Assembly: GCA_040755995.1 (NCBI GenBank)
Contig: JBFMAF010000011.1
Location: 1-64,000, forward strand
DNA length: 64,000 nt
From: Acidobacteriota bacterium
GTDB lineage: Bacteria > Acidobacteriota > CAIWXX01
Direction of reading: 5' to 3'
The first letter of the stretch is position 1; each line of letters starts with the position of its first letter. Positions 1-9,916 of the stretch are shown piece after piece. The notes beneath the pieces are model-generated. The model was not told where the DNA came from. It worked only from the letters and a program-made list of their open reading frames with translations, and ran no database searches. Made by a program: the position numbers and the translations under genes.

Positions 1-49
1 GAGTCAAGTTTGCCACGTCGCGTCATTCGCTCTGAATTCCCACGGTAGT

Positions 50-136
50 CACTCCCAACTCTCGACTGTCGACTCTCGACGCGAGGCGGGGCCAAAGCGG
101 CCTGGCATGGTTCATCGGTCTGAGGCCGCGCCTCGC
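50..136. repeat. REP/MITE-like element copy 1: ACTCTCG-type heptamer run (50-80) plus a 56-bp GC-rich hairpin (81-136)
   Basis: 81-136 matches 60997-61052 at 50/56 nt by manual alignment; terminal inverted repeat gcgaggcg..ggcc / ggccgcgcctcgc. Confidence 0.8.
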
Positions 137-414
137 TAGAGTTTGTTGAACCACATGAGCACGCCCATGCCCACGAACAGGCCTGCCGCGACCTTTCGAA
201 GCACCGATTCAGGGATGAGGCGAGTCAGGAGCTCGCCGCCGAGCACGCCGAGAGCGGTGACCGATGCCAGGGCGAGCGTCGCGCCGAGGAATATCCATAG
301 CGGCTTGTTGTGTTTGGCTGTCATGCTGATGACCGCCAGCTGAGTCTTGTCCCCCAACTCGGCCACAAAGAGCAGGGCGAACGTCCCGAGGAACACCTTG
401 GCGCCTTCGTTCAT
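136..414 (-). CDS. TMEM165/GDT1 (UPF0016) family half-size membrane protein
   Basis: AELGDKTQL motif; three hydrophobic segments. Confidence 0.9.
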   Translation of the reverse strand: MNEGAKVFLGTFALLFVAELGDKTQLAVISMTAKHNKPLWIFLGATLALASVTALGVLGGELLTRLIPESVLRKVAAGLFVGMGVLMWFNKL

Positions 415-436
415 GAGTCTCTCCAGAGTAGTCTGA

Positions 437-1126
437 TCAGCGGATCCACCAGGCCAGTTGGTAGCGAGCTGGATAGATGTGCTGGAGTCTGTCGCCGCCG
501 AATGGGTCTCCGTGCCCCACGTATACCGTTCGCGGATTCTGTGACCTCAGTCTGTCGCAGCTCTCCCGCCAGGCGGCTCGATCCGACATGTAGACCGGCT
601 CGCTAGGTACGGCATAATTGACGAACAGGTCGCCGACGAATGCGTCTTTCTCTTCGGTCACTACGGCGATCGATTCCGGCGAGTGGCCGGGAGCCGGGAT
701 CAGCCGGGCGTCCAGGCCGTACGGAGCAACTGACGCGCCGTGCTCGAACAGCACATCCGCTTCGAGAGGACGGAAAGGAGCCAGCGGCCCGAAGAGCATG
801 TGGCCCCAACGGAAGATGCTGCCCTGCAGCGTCTGCGCGGGCGGCAGCGCGTTCTTGCGGCGCCGGCTGAACTCGGGCGCCAATCGATACGCCCCAACCG
901 GAGCGCCGCTCCACTCCTTCACCTCCGGTGCGCAACCGTAGTGGTCCAGGTGGCCGTGGGTGATCAGAATCAGCCTTATCTCATCAGGACGGATTCCAGC
1001 CGCCTCGGCACCGGCGATCAGCTTCCGCGCGTAGCCCGGCGGACCGGGATCTATGAGGCAGGCCCCGTCCTTGCCGTGTATCACATAGCAATTGGTGGGG
1101 CCCACCACGAATCTATGAACCACCAT
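437..1126 (-). CDS. MBL-fold metallo-hydrolase
   Basis: THGHLDH, PGHS, GD and GHG motifs. Confidence 0.9.
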   Translation of the reverse strand: MVVHRFVVGPTNCYVIHGKDGACLIDPGPPGYARKLIAGAEAAGIRPDEIRLILITHGHLDHYGCAPEVKEWSGAPVGAYRLAPEFSRRRKNALPPAQTLQGSIFRWGHMLFGPLAPFRPLEADVLFEHGASVAPYGLDARLIPAPGHSPESIAVVTEEKDAFVGDLFVNYAVPSEPVYMSDRAAWRESCDRLRSQNPRTVYVGHGDPFGGDRLQHIYPARYQLAWWIR

Positions 1127-1129
1127 GTA

Positions 1130-3037
1130 CTACTCCGGTGCCTTCTCCGATGCCGGCCGCCCGTCGTCCGGGGCCACGTACCCCAGCCCGACAAGCGCCT
1201 CGATCTCCTCGGGTGTCGCCACGACTTTCTGCGTGGTTGCGCCCGCGTCCTTTCCAGGCATCGAGGCGATCCACCCCTGGAGCTGCTGGTGCATGTAGCT
1301 CGTTTTAATGGGCAGGCGCGAGGCCATGTTCGCGTGCTCTTCTGGGTCTTTCTCGACGTCGTAGAGCTCGCGCCGGCCGGTGCGGGAGTCCGTGATGTAA
1401 TGGAATCGGCCATCGAGCAAGCCGTACACCGGCTTGGGCCCGGCGGCCCTCTGGTAGCGAGGGCGATCCTTCAAGTGAGCCCCCTCGAGGATCGCTGGGA
1501 CCAACGACGTTCCCTGGAATGACAGTCCCGTGAAATCGATGCCCGCCAGATCCGCCAGTGTCGGCGCAACGTCGATCAACCCCGCCCGCTGGAAGATGGT
1601 CGAGTGCCGCGCTCCAGGAACCTTGATGATCAACGGGATGTGCGTGAACTCGGAGTAGAGCAGCGCATTGTGCCCGAGCCGCCCATGCTCGCCCATGGCC
1701 TCTCCGTGATCCCCCAGCACGACGACTGCTGTGCTGTCTTCAATCCCCGCGGTGGCGAGATGATCCAGAAGCCTACCGACCTGCGAATCGGCGTAGGCGA
1801 GGTTCTCATCGTAGCGGTCTGACATGTATTGGAGGTCCTCAGGCGAGAGCTTGATCGTTCGCGCGTGATATCGGTCGTAGATATCCTCGGTCTCATTGTC
1901 TCCCTTCAAGGGGCCCGAGTAGCCGCTCGAGAAGCGCCCGTAGTAGGGCGCCGGAGGTGTGTGCGGAGCGTGCGGCTCACGGTAGTGCAGGTAGAGCATA
2001 AAGCCGCCGTCGGGGAAGCTCCGCATCCGCCGGATAGCCGCGTCGGTGACCTCGCGTGCATCTACGAGTCTCTTCTTGCCGCTGGATTTCAGATAGAGCT
2101 CGTCGATGCACTCGAAACCACGATCGTAGCCATAGAGCGAGGATGCGTTGGGAGATGCCGAGATCATCGCCGTGCGCCACCCGGCGCCACGCAGAATCTC
2201 GGCGAGCGTTCTCGTCGCGGGATTCAGCGCACGCTCTTTCAGGTAAGCCCCATGCCACTCGGGGTACAGCGACGTGAGCAGGCAGCCAACCGCCGCCTGC
2301 GTGTACACAGCTTCGCTCGAAGCCCGCTCGAAGACCGCGGCCTGCGACGCCAGGCGGTCGATGCTCGGCGTGGTTGATCTGCGGTAGCCGTAGCACCCGA
2401 AGCGATCGGCGCGGGCCGCATCCAGAAGGATCAGCAGCAAACCCGGACGCGACCGGCTTCGCGCGGAAGCAGGGCGCAAAGCCTGGCTGCGGTCAGGCGG
2501 ACCTTCGCTCGATCGAGCTCGCGCGCGCCGCTCCACGCACGGGCTGAGCCAGGCTGCGCTCGCGCTCGATGCCGATTCCGCGACCACTTCGAACGTGAGA
2601 CGAAGCAAGCCGCCGGCGGGCGGCAGCGGGATGCTGACCCTGTCGTCGAGCCCAAGCCTGAGACGGATCCGGGCTAGCCAGTTTTCCTCGTAGGCGAGCG
2701 TTCCTGCATCGGCGCCCTCCGTCTGGATCCAGACAAGCCGCCGGAGCTTGGCGCCTGGCTCGGGGACCGCGCCGAACGAGAGCCACTCTTCGGCCCCAGC
2801 GTCGTAGTAGAGCGACACGCGCGTCCCGGCGGGCTGCTCCATGCAGAGTGTCGTCGAGATCTCTCGAATCGAAGGCCGCGCGCCTTCGGGTCCCGCCACC
2901 TCGGCCACACCGGCGTTCTTCGCGATATCGAACACAATCTCGGATGGCCCTTTCGAGCCGCACGCGCTGCACGCCAGCAGCATCGCCGCGCAAGCATGCA
3001 ACCTCGTGTGGCCGATCATCAGACGCGTTCTCATCAA
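1130..3037 (-). CDS. Sulfatase-like hydrolase/transferase (alkaline phosphatase superfamily), probable lipoprotein
   Basis: LLDAARADRFG, EPHAP, GDHGE and LYDVEKDPEE motifs; N-terminal LLACSAC lipobox-like sequence. Confidence 0.85.
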   Translation of the reverse strand: MMRTRLMIGHTRLHACAAMLLACSACGSKGPSEIVFDIAKNAGVAEVAGPEGARPSIREISTTLCMEQPAGTRVSLYYDAGAEEWLSFGAVPEPGAKLRRLVWIQTEGADAGTLAYEENWLARIRLRLGLDDRVSIPLPPAGGLLRLTFEVVAESASSASAAWLSPCVERRARARSSEGPPDRSQALRPASARSRSRPGLLLILLDAARADRFGCYGYRRSTTPSIDRLASQAAVFERASSEAVYTQAAVGCLLTSLYPEWHGAYLKERALNPATRTLAEILRGAGWRTAMISASPNASSLYGYDRGFECIDELYLKSSGKKRLVDAREVTDAAIRRMRSFPDGGFMLYLHYREPHAPHTPPAPYYGRFSSGYSGPLKGDNETEDIYDRYHARTIKLSPEDLQYMSDRYDENLAYADSQVGRLLDHLATAGIEDSTAVVVLGDHGEAMGEHGRLGHNALLYSEFTHIPLIIKVPGARHSTIFQRAGLIDVAPTLADLAGIDFTGLSFQGTSLVPAILEGAHLKDRPRYQRAAGPKPVYGLLDGRFHYITDSRTGRRELYDVEKDPEEHANMASRLPIKTSYMHQQLQGWIASMPGKDAGATTQKVVATPEEIEALVGLGYVAPDDGRPASEKAPE

Positions 3038-3759
3038 CAGCCGCCGATCTCACGAGCGGGTCGGAACCGGAGTTTCCACACGAGCATGACTGCCTCGACG
3101 GCGATCTGCGCGCTCATCTTGGACGCTCCGCGCTGCCGCTCGACGAAGACGATCGGGATCTCGATGGTCGAGAATCCGCGGCGGGAGCAACGGAACTTCA
3201 TCTCGATCAGGAAGGAGTAGCCCTGTGCATGGAGGCTTTCGAGCGGGATCGATTCGATCACCTTGCGCCGGTAGGCAACGAACCCGGACGTGCAGTCGGC
3301 GAGCCGGAGGCCGGCCACCCAGCGGACGTATCTATTGCCGAGGCGGCTGAGGATGCGCCGGTGGACCGACCAGTTCTCCACACCGCCGCCTCCTGAGTAG
3401 CGCGAGCCGATGACGACGTCGTGGCGTGCCAGGGCCTCGATCAGCGCGGGGAGATAGCGGGGCTGGTGCGAGAAGTCCGCATCCATGGTCAGGAGCGAGT
3501 CGGCCTCGGGGATGTGCTCCAGGACGTACCGAAATCCGGCCGTCAGCGCGCGGCCGTATCCTTGTTTGCGCGGGCGGTGGATGACATGGATGTCCGAGAA
3601 GGTGAGTGCCACCGATTCGGCGACTTCTCCCGTGCCGTCGGGTGAGTTGTCATCTACGATGACGATGAAGGATCCGGGAGCCTCCGCGCGTATTGCTTCG
3701 ACCAGCGGGCGCACGTTCTCGCGCTCGTTGTAAGTCGGGATTACCAGCGCGGTCTTCAC
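3034..3759 (-). CDS. Polyprenol monophosphomannose synthase-like GT2 glycosyltransferase
   Basis: IPTYNE, VDDNSPDGT, MDADFSH, GSRY and ERQRGASKM motifs. Confidence 0.92.
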   Translation of the reverse strand: MKTALVIPTYNERENVRPLVEAIRAEAPGSFIVIVDDNSPDGTGEVAESVALTFSDIHVIHRPRKQGYGRALTAGFRYVLEHIPEADSLLTMDADFSHQPRYLPALIEALARHDVVIGSRYSGGGGVENWSVHRRILSRLGNRYVRWVAGLRLADCTSGFVAYRRKVIESIPLESLHAQGYSFLIEMKFRCSRRGFSTIEIPIVFVERQRGASKMSAQIAVEAVMLVWKLRFRPAREIGGC

Positions 3760-3910
3760 GGGTCCCGTAGCGTCTCCATCGCTTGAGCAGCCTCAGTCTG
3801 GAACGCCTGCAATGCTAGCCAAGTTCGCAAGCCGGCACAAGCCCCGCGCCGGCGGAGCACCCCAGCGTGTGGCGAGAAGGGCACCCTGGGCCCGCCGACG
3901 TTTGCGAACA

Positions 3911-4213
3911 TCACCTCCCGTAAGCCGAGTCGTGGTCGGGATGGAGCGAGAGAATGCGGAGCCAATCCTCCTGGCGATATGCGAGGGCCCGGAGCTTCCT
4001 GGTGATTCGAAACGTGTACAGCCTCTCCCCGTGAGGTCCCTTCCTTGAGAGGCAGGCTTCCCATCTCAGTCCTGGATCACGATACACTTGCTCCCAGGAC
4101 ATCTTCGAGATCTTCTTGAGTGTTCCCAGGATCTCGAATTGTTCCTCCTTCTGGAGAGCGAAGAGGTCGGCTTGGAATTCCGGGTTATTGAGATCAATAC
4201 GAACTGGGGTCAC
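3911..4213 (-). CDS. Putative RelE/ParE-fold toxin
   Basis: 100-aa protein with LYTFRITRKLRALAY...LSLHPDHDSAY; 4-nt overlap with the upstream small gene. Confidence 0.55.
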   Translation of the reverse strand: MTPVRIDLNNPEFQADLFALQKEEQFEILGTLKKISKMSWEQVYRDPGLRWEACLSRKGPHGERLYTFRITRKLRALAYRQEDWLRILSLHPDHDSAYGR

Positions 4214-4479
4214 TTGCGCTTGCCTTTCTTGACGCGACGCTCCAAGGCGTCAAGATCGGCCTCCGCCGGCGGATTTGATTGGGCCCACTTGATCGCCCGA
4301 TCAATCTTCGCGGCAGCTTGCGCGTCCCACATCCATCGTTCGTTGTCCGGAACGAACTCCCCCGTTTTGATGAGCCACGTGCCCGGCTCGATCTGATCAA
4401 CGATAACGTGTCGGCCCGCGTACTCCTTCCCGAGCGAGAGTTGCCCGCTTTGTCCGATGGTTTTTACGGTCAAGGTCAT
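4210..4479 (-). CDS. Putative AbrB/MazE-like antitoxin
   Basis: N-terminal VKTIGQSGQLSLGKEYAG swapped-hairpin-like motif; AGGAGG upstream. Confidence 0.6.
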   Translation of the reverse strand: MTLTVKTIGQSGQLSLGKEYAGRHVIVDQIEPGTWLIKTGEFVPDNERWMWDAQAAAKIDRAIKWAQSNPPAEADLDALERRVKKGKRK

Positions 4480-4490
4480 GCCTCCTGGTT

Positions 4491-4542
4491 CATGATACAC
4501 AACTGCATGATAGCACCATGGCATGAGATGTCAAGATCATGA
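4491..4542 (-). promoter_or_regulatory. Sigma70-like promoter (TTGACA-N16-TATCAT) with repeated CATGA sites
   Basis: tgtcaa 4529-4534 and atgata 4507-4512 on the + strand; catga at 4491, 4506, 4522 and 4538. Confidence 0.5.
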
Positions 4543-4722
4543 CACTTTCAAGGCAGGCTCCGGGGCGAAGCCGCGGTACAGTGGCGGGGAGCCACGGTGC
4601 GCCGGCGCCCTGGAGCCGCTGCACGTGCCCAGCAGCACGCGAATCCGACCGAGCGCTCAGCGACAAATCACGACTTCTCTCGATATTTCCACGTCTGGAT
4701 GCTCTCGTGCTAATATAGGTGC

Positions 4723-6339
4723 ATGCCGTTCTTGCGTGACGGGGTCGGCAACGAGATCGCCCTTCGGGGACCGCGTGTCTCGATCGGACGCAGCGAGCAG
4801 AACGACGTCGTGCTCCGGCACGGCTCCGTCTCGCGCGTTCATGCGCAGATCGACGTCACCGACGAAGGAACTAGCCTCAAGGATCTGAACAGTCGGCTCG
4901 GGACCTTCGTCAACGGCCAGCGGGTCTTCGAGTGCAAGCTGCGAAACCGGGATGAGATCCGCTTCGGTCAGGTGGCCTACCGGTACCACGAGATGTCCAT
5001 CCGCGAGTCGGGATTCGACAAGAGCGACACCAACGTCAGCGCGCTGCTGGAGACAGTCCGTACGCTGCGCACCGCGCTGCGCCTCAAGGCCCGCACTGAT
5101 GACACCACCGGGATGGCCCAGGTGGACGCCTCGCTGCAGAAGGCGCTGGACGGAGCCGAGCTGCTAGACCGCCAGCATCGCCGCCTCACGACTCTTTACG
5201 AGGTCTCAGGCATCCTCAACGAGGTGCACGACACATCGACCCTGCTCGAAAAGGTCATCGACCTTGCCATCGACGTGCTGCACGCCGAGAACGGCTTCCT
5301 GATGCTGAAGAACCAGAGCGGCGAGCTCGAGATCCGCGTGGCTCGAGGCATGGACCGCCGGGATCTGGAGAACGTGGCGCTCTCGCGAGGACTGGCCCAT
5401 CAGGTGGCATCCTCGGGCCAGGCGGTGCTCACCCAGGATGCCGGGCAGGACGAGCGTTTCAAGGCGCACCAGAGCATCGTCGACCTGAAGCTCCGGTCGA
5501 TCCTCTGCGTGCCCATGAAGAACCGCCAGCAAGAGGCCATCGGCGTGATCTACCTGGGGAGCAGTTTCTCGACGTTCGTCCGGGAAGACATCGACCTTAT
5601 GGAGTCCTTCGCGAACCAGTCCGCGGTAGCAATCGACAACATGCGACTGCTGGAGGAAAGCAAACGCGGCGAGACTCTGAGCGCGATCGGGCGCATGGCC
5701 AGCACCATCATCCATGATCTGAAGAATCCCATCACGTCGGTCAGCGGCTACGCCGAGTTGATCGCGATGTCCAGCCAGGATGAACAGGTTCGCGACTGGT
5801 CGAGGCGGATCTTGAGGGAAATCGACCGTGTCGTCGGCATGACCGGGGAAATCCTCGCTTACGCGCGGGGCGAAGAGAACCTGAATCTGCGGCCCGAATC
5901 CGTCAGGGACGTACTGCAGGAGGCGATGGACTCGGTCGAGGAGAGCATGGATCGCTGCAATGTTTCGGTCGTGACCGACATCCGCTTCGCCGGCAAGGCC
6001 ATGCTGGATCGCGACAAGTTCAGCCGCGTCATTTTCAACATCGCCAACAACGCGCGTGAGGCCATGGCAGAGGGCGGCCGATTCACGGTCAGCGTCTCCG
6101 AGCCACAGGACGGCTACGTCGAGATCAGGTTCCAGGACACCGGCTACGGCATACCGGAGGAAGTCCGCAAGAGGATTTTCGAGCCCTTCGTCACGCACGG
6201 GAAGAAACGCGGCATCGGGCTCGGCATGGCCATCGTCAGGAAACTCGTCGAGGTGCATCGGGGGACTGTCGCGGTCGAAAGCGTCGAGGGACTCGGAACA
6301 ACGATCATCATCAGGCTGCCTGTGCTCGAGCAGATGTAG
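4723..6339 (+). CDS. FHA-GAF-histidine kinase
   Basis: FHA (IGRS, VSRVHA, GTFVNG), GAF (SILCVPM, IGVIYL), H-box IIHDLKNP, N/G1/F/G2 boxes. Confidence 0.92.
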   Translation: MPFLRDGVGNEIALRGPRVSIGRSEQNDVVLRHGSVSRVHAQIDVTDEGTSLKDLNSRLGTFVNGQRVFECKLRNRDEIRFGQVAYRYHEMSIRESGFDKSDTNVSALLETVRTLRTALRLKARTDDTTGMAQVDASLQKALDGAELLDRQHRRLTTLYEVSGILNEVHDTSTLLEKVIDLAIDVLHAENGFLMLKNQSGELEIRVARGMDRRDLENVALSRGLAHQVASSGQAVLTQDAGQDERFKAHQSIVDLKLRSILCVPMKNRQQEAIGVIYLGSSFSTFVREDIDLMESFANQSAVAIDNMRLLEESKRGETLSAIGRMASTIIHDLKNPITSVSGYAELIAMSSQDEQVRDWSRRILREIDRVVGMTGEILAYARGEENLNLRPESVRDVLQEAMDSVEESMDRCNVSVVTDIRFAGKAMLDRDKFSRVIFNIANNAREAMAEGGRFTVSVSEPQDGYVEIRFQDTGYGIPEEVRKRIFEPFVTHGKKRGIGLGMAIVRKLVEVHRGTVAVESVEGLGTTIIIRLPVLEQM

Positions 6340-6492
6340 CCTCTCGCGAAAGCGACCAGCCGCAGCCGCGCCTGCGCAGAGGCACATTGTCGCCGGAGGG
6401 CGACCTCAGCCGCCTGTCCACACAGGATGCCGCTCTCTCGAAGTGGGAATATCACCGGCCCGGCGGCGCCGTCTCGGAGGGGAACCCTGATC

Positions 6493-7563
6493 TCAGCCTT
6501 TGGAGGATTCCTTCTTTCCCTCGGGCTTGGTCTCGGTGTGGAGCGGCTTCGATGCGGGAAGCTGCATTGCAGCTCGCACGCGTTCCTCGATCTTCTCTCG
6601 GATGTCCTTGTTCGCTCGCAGGAACTTCCTGACGGTTTCGCGGCCCTGCCCAAGCCTCTCGCCCTCGTACGAGTACCAGGTCCCGCTCTTTTCAAGAATC
6701 TTCTTCTCGACGCCGACGTCCACCAGATCAAGCTCCTTGGAGATCCCTTCGCCGTAATATATCTCCACCGTGGCTTCGCGGAACGGCGGGGCCAGCTTGT
6801 TCTTGACGATTTTGACCCTGGTCTCGGCCCCGATGACCCTGTCGCCTTCCTTGATGGCCTGGCCGCGGCGCACCTCGACGCGGAGCGACGAGTAGAACTT
6901 GAGCGCCCGGCCACCCGTGGTGACCTCCGGATTGCCGTAAGCGATGCCGATCTTCTCTCGAATCTGGTTGATGAACACGAGGCACGTCCGGCTGCGAGAC
7001 ACGATGGCAGTAAGCTTACGCAGCGCCTGGCTCATGAGACGGGCCTGCAGACCCACCTGCGCTTCGCCCATCTCCCCTTCGAGCTCCGCCCGCGGGACCA
7101 GCGCCGCGACCGAATCGATCACGCAGATGTCTATGGCGCCGCTGCGGATCAGTATCTCGGCGATCTCGAGCGCCTGCTCGCCGGAGTCTGGCTGCGACAG
7201 CAGGAGGTTGTCCGTGTCCACTCCAAGGTTGTGCGCATAGATCGGATCCAGCGCGTGCTCGGCGTCGATGAAGGCGGCCATTCCAGCGAGCCGCTGCGCC
7301 TCGGCGATGACGTGCAGGGCCAGGGTCGTCTTTCCTGAGGCCTCGGGCCCGAACACCTCCACCACACGCCCTCTCGGGAATCCGCCGATGCCCATGGCTG
7401 CGTCGACGGACACCGCGCCGGTCGGAATCGCCTGGACCGAGACAACGGCGTCGCGCTGGCCGAGGCGCATGATCGACCCCTTGCCGAACTGCTTCTCGAT
7501 CTGCCCGAGCGCGAGCTCGACCGCCTTCGCGCGAGATTCGGTTCTTTCTTCGGTTACGGCCAT
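6493..7563 (-). CDS. recA: Recombinase RecA
   Basis: [23 protein letters not shown] and [10 protein letters not shown] motifs; AGGAGGA RBS 7 nt before ATG 7563 (the 744-aa track ORF is over-extended). Confidence 0.98.
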   Translation of the reverse strand: MAVTEERTESRAKAVELALGQIEKQFGKGSIMRLGQRDAVVSVQAIPTGAVSVDAAMGIGGFPRGRVVEVFGPEASGKTTLALHVIAEAQRLAGMAAFIDAEHALDPIYAHNLGVDTDNLLLSQPDSGEQALEIAEILIRSGAIDICVIDSVAALVPRAELEGEMGEAQVGLQARLMSQALRKLTAIVSRSRTCLVFINQIREKIGIAYGNPEVTTGGRALKFYSSLRVEVRRGQAIKEGDRVIGAETRVKIVKNKLAPPFREATVEIYYGEGISKELDLVDVGVEKKILEKSGTWYSYEGERLGQGRETVRKFLRANKDIREKIEERVRAAMQLPASKPLHTETKPEGKKESSKG

Positions 7564-7596
7564 GCGCATGTCCTCCTGCTTCGGAGCCAGCATACC

Positions 7597-7635
7597 AATG
7601 CAAAGTGCAAAGTGCAAAAGGCAAAATGCAAAGTG
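7597..7635. repeat. Heptamer tandem repeat (TGCAAAG-like, about 5 units)
   Basis: aatgcaaagtgcaaagtgcaaaaggcaaaatgcaaagtg upstream of recA. Confidence 0.85.
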
Positions 7636-7649
7636 AAGAGCGGGCGGGC

Positions 7650-8747
7650 TCAGGGGCCGGCGGCGGGTCCTTTGTAGAAGTCGGAGCTCACGTATTTCTG
7701 ATGGCCTGCTTTGAGGAAGACGGAGACGACAGCGACGGTAGGCACGGCGAGGAGCATCCCGAGGAGGCCGAACAGGTTGCCGCCCACAATCACGGCGAGC
7801 ATCACGATGATCGGGTTCACTCCGACACTCCCGCCTACGATGCGCGGGCTGATGACGGTGCCCTCGAGCGTCTGCGCCAGAACGAAAACGCCGCCAGTGA
7901 GCAGCATCTTCTTGAGGCTGTGGTCCTGCATGAACGAGAAAAGCATGGACCCGGCCGCGCTTGTAAAAGTACCCACGTAGGGAATCAGATTCCCGTAGCC
8001 TCCCAGGAGCGCCCAGAAGAACGACATCGGGACGCGCAGCAGGCTCAATCCGACCGCATACATGAAGAAGAGGATCGTGCACACGGTCAACTGTCCGCGG
8101 ACGAATGCACCGAGCACGCGGTCGCACTCGCGGACATACCACACGACCTGATCGCGATGCCGCAGCGGGATCAGCTCGCGGACGTTCTTCCGTATGGTCT
8201 TGAGGTCCTTGAGCAGGAAGTAGGTCAGCACCGGAATCAGGATGACGTTCAGCAGGCTGAGGATGAAGCCCATGAGGCTGCTGAACGCATGCGTGATGAA
8301 GGACAACAGAGGCTTGAGCATCTGCGGCGCATTCGCCCTCGCAGTCTCGACCGCCTTGTCCACGGCCTTCCCGATCGCGCCCGGATAGGTGCGCTCGATG
8401 CGGGCGTAGTATGGCTCGACGTACTTCATGATCGTGCTCGTGTATTCCGGAAAATCGTGAGCCACCGCTCGCACCTGGCTCACTACGGCAGGGATAAGGA
8501 TCATCAGGAAGGCGACCACGATCAGCGCCGCCAGCAGCATCATCGACAACACGGAGACCGAACGCGGAACGCGATGTTTCGAAAGGAACTCGACCACCGG
8601 GTCCAGCAGATAGGCCAGGATGGACGAGATCAACAGAGGGATCGCAACGGACCGCATCAGGTAGAAGAGCAGATAGAGCGACGCGACGACGCCGATGAAG
8701 ATGACCCAGCGTCGATGGGATCGCCACCAGTCCGCGCGGCTATTCAT
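7650..8747 (-). CDS. AI-2E (PerM) family transporter
   Basis: [24 protein letters not shown] and ISPRIVG motifs. Confidence 0.92.
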   Translation of the reverse strand: MNSRADWWRSHRRWVIFIGVVASLYLLFYLMRSVAIPLLISSILAYLLDPVVEFLSKHRVPRSVSVLSMMLLAALIVVAFLMILIPAVVSQVRAVAHDFPEYTSTIMKYVEPYYARIERTYPGAIGKAVDKAVETARANAPQMLKPLLSFITHAFSSLMGFILSLLNVILIPVLTYFLLKDLKTIRKNVRELIPLRHRDQVVWYVRECDRVLGAFVRGQLTVCTILFFMYAVGLSLLRVPMSFFWALLGGYGNLIPYVGTFTSAAGSMLFSFMQDHSLKKMLLTGGVFVLAQTLEGTVISPRIVGGSVGVNPIIVMLAVIVGGNLFGLLGMLLAVPTVAVVSVFLKAGHQKYVSSDFYKGPAAGP

Positions 8748-9294
8748 CGCCTCTTGCAAGCCTCGGGAGTATCGACAGGTAGTGGAATCCGGACAGGAGT
8801 GTGATGGCGAGCGTGATGAGAAACACCCACTGGATGGCGGCCGGCTGGAGCCCCCGGTAGTTCAACCAGAGCACGACGAACACCGCTCCGATGTCAACCA
8901 GCGTCGCCGTCTTGCCCAGCCTGGACGGCGGAAACTTACGCCGGCCGTACGACATGTGAATGAAAAGGGCAGAGAGGCTGATGATCACATCACGGCTGAT
9001 CACCAATATAGTCAGCCACAACGGAATGGTGTTCGCCGGGTTGACGCTGGGGATCGAAAGCAGGACGAAGGCCGCCGTGATCAGCAGCTTGTCGGCCATG
9101 GGATCGAGGAACGCGCCGAGCGTGGTCTTCTGGTCGAGGACCCTGGCCAGCAACCCGTCGAGCGCGTCGGTGATCCCTGCCAGAACGAAGACGAGGAGCG
9201 CCCAGCCCTCCTGATCGTAGATCAGCGCCATTATGAACACGGGCACAAACACCATGCGCAGCAGCGTCAGCTGGTTCGGAAAGGTCAGCAGCAT
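8740..9294 (-). CDS. pgsA: CDP-alcohol phosphatidyltransferase (PgsA-like)
   Basis: PNQLTLLR; TDALDGLLAR...GAFLDPMADK. Confidence 0.88.
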   Translation of the reverse strand: MLLTFPNQLTLLRMVFVPVFIMALIYDQEGWALLVFVLAGITDALDGLLARVLDQKTTLGAFLDPMADKLLITAAFVLLSIPSVNPANTIPLWLTILVISRDVIISLSALFIHMSYGRRKFPPSRLGKTATLVDIGAVFVVLWLNYRGLQPAAIQWVFLITLAITLLSGFHYLSILPRLARGDE

Positions 9295-9541
9295 ATTGCG
9301 CGCCTACTATATGAAAAGGTCATCGAGGTTTCAATCGGAGCCACGCCGAAGTCGGGCGGCAAGAAGGCTGCGCGGACAATCGTGGCTGCGATCGTTCTGG
9401 TCCTGGAATCCCCACAATCACTACGTCGAACGGCAGCGGCAGGGGCTCGGCTTGAGGCCGGGCCCCCTCAGTAGAGAGCCTTGTGCGCCGGTTTCCCACC
9501 CCGCCTTTGGCCAGCGGTGCGCGTCTAGAGGTTCCCGCGGC

Positions 9542-9916
9542 TCAGTCGCGCTTGATCCGGGCCTTGAAGAATACCGAAGTGATGAGCTCGATCAGCAGCC
9601 CATAGATCATCCCCAGGACGATCGTCGAAATGAACATCTGGGTCTTGCTGAACTGAGGATTGTCCGGCGCCATCAGTCCGCCGAAGGCGAGCGGCAGGCT
9701 GAAAAGCAAGCCCATGACAAGCCCATGCACCGACCAATGCCCGAGAGCCACGGCGCTGATCCCGATCGCCACTCCAATCAGCGTGCGACTCAGAACGATC
9801 TGGACGGCCACCGGCCACGGGAGTGGGGCCGGACCACTCGAGGCCAGACCGAAACAGACAAACCCGAAAAGTACGCCAGACAGCGTCGCCACGAGTACCC
9901 TCTTGGTGCTTGGCAT
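9542..9916 (-). CDS. Hypothetical 4-TM membrane protein
   Basis: Hydrophobic 124-aa ORF with AAGGAG RBS. Confidence 0.75.
   Translation of the reverse strand: MPSTKRVLVATLSGVLFGFVCFGLASSGPAPLPWPVAVQIVLSRTLIGVAIGISAVALGHWSVHGLVMGLLFSLPLAFGGLMAPDNPQFSKTQMFISTIVLGMIYGLLIELITSVFFKARIKRD

Noticed and set aside
6493..8727. 744-aa extended RecA in the ORF track
   Set aside because: The upstream part is an off-frame reading of the AI-2E gene and a heptamer repeat; the RBS supports a start at 7563.
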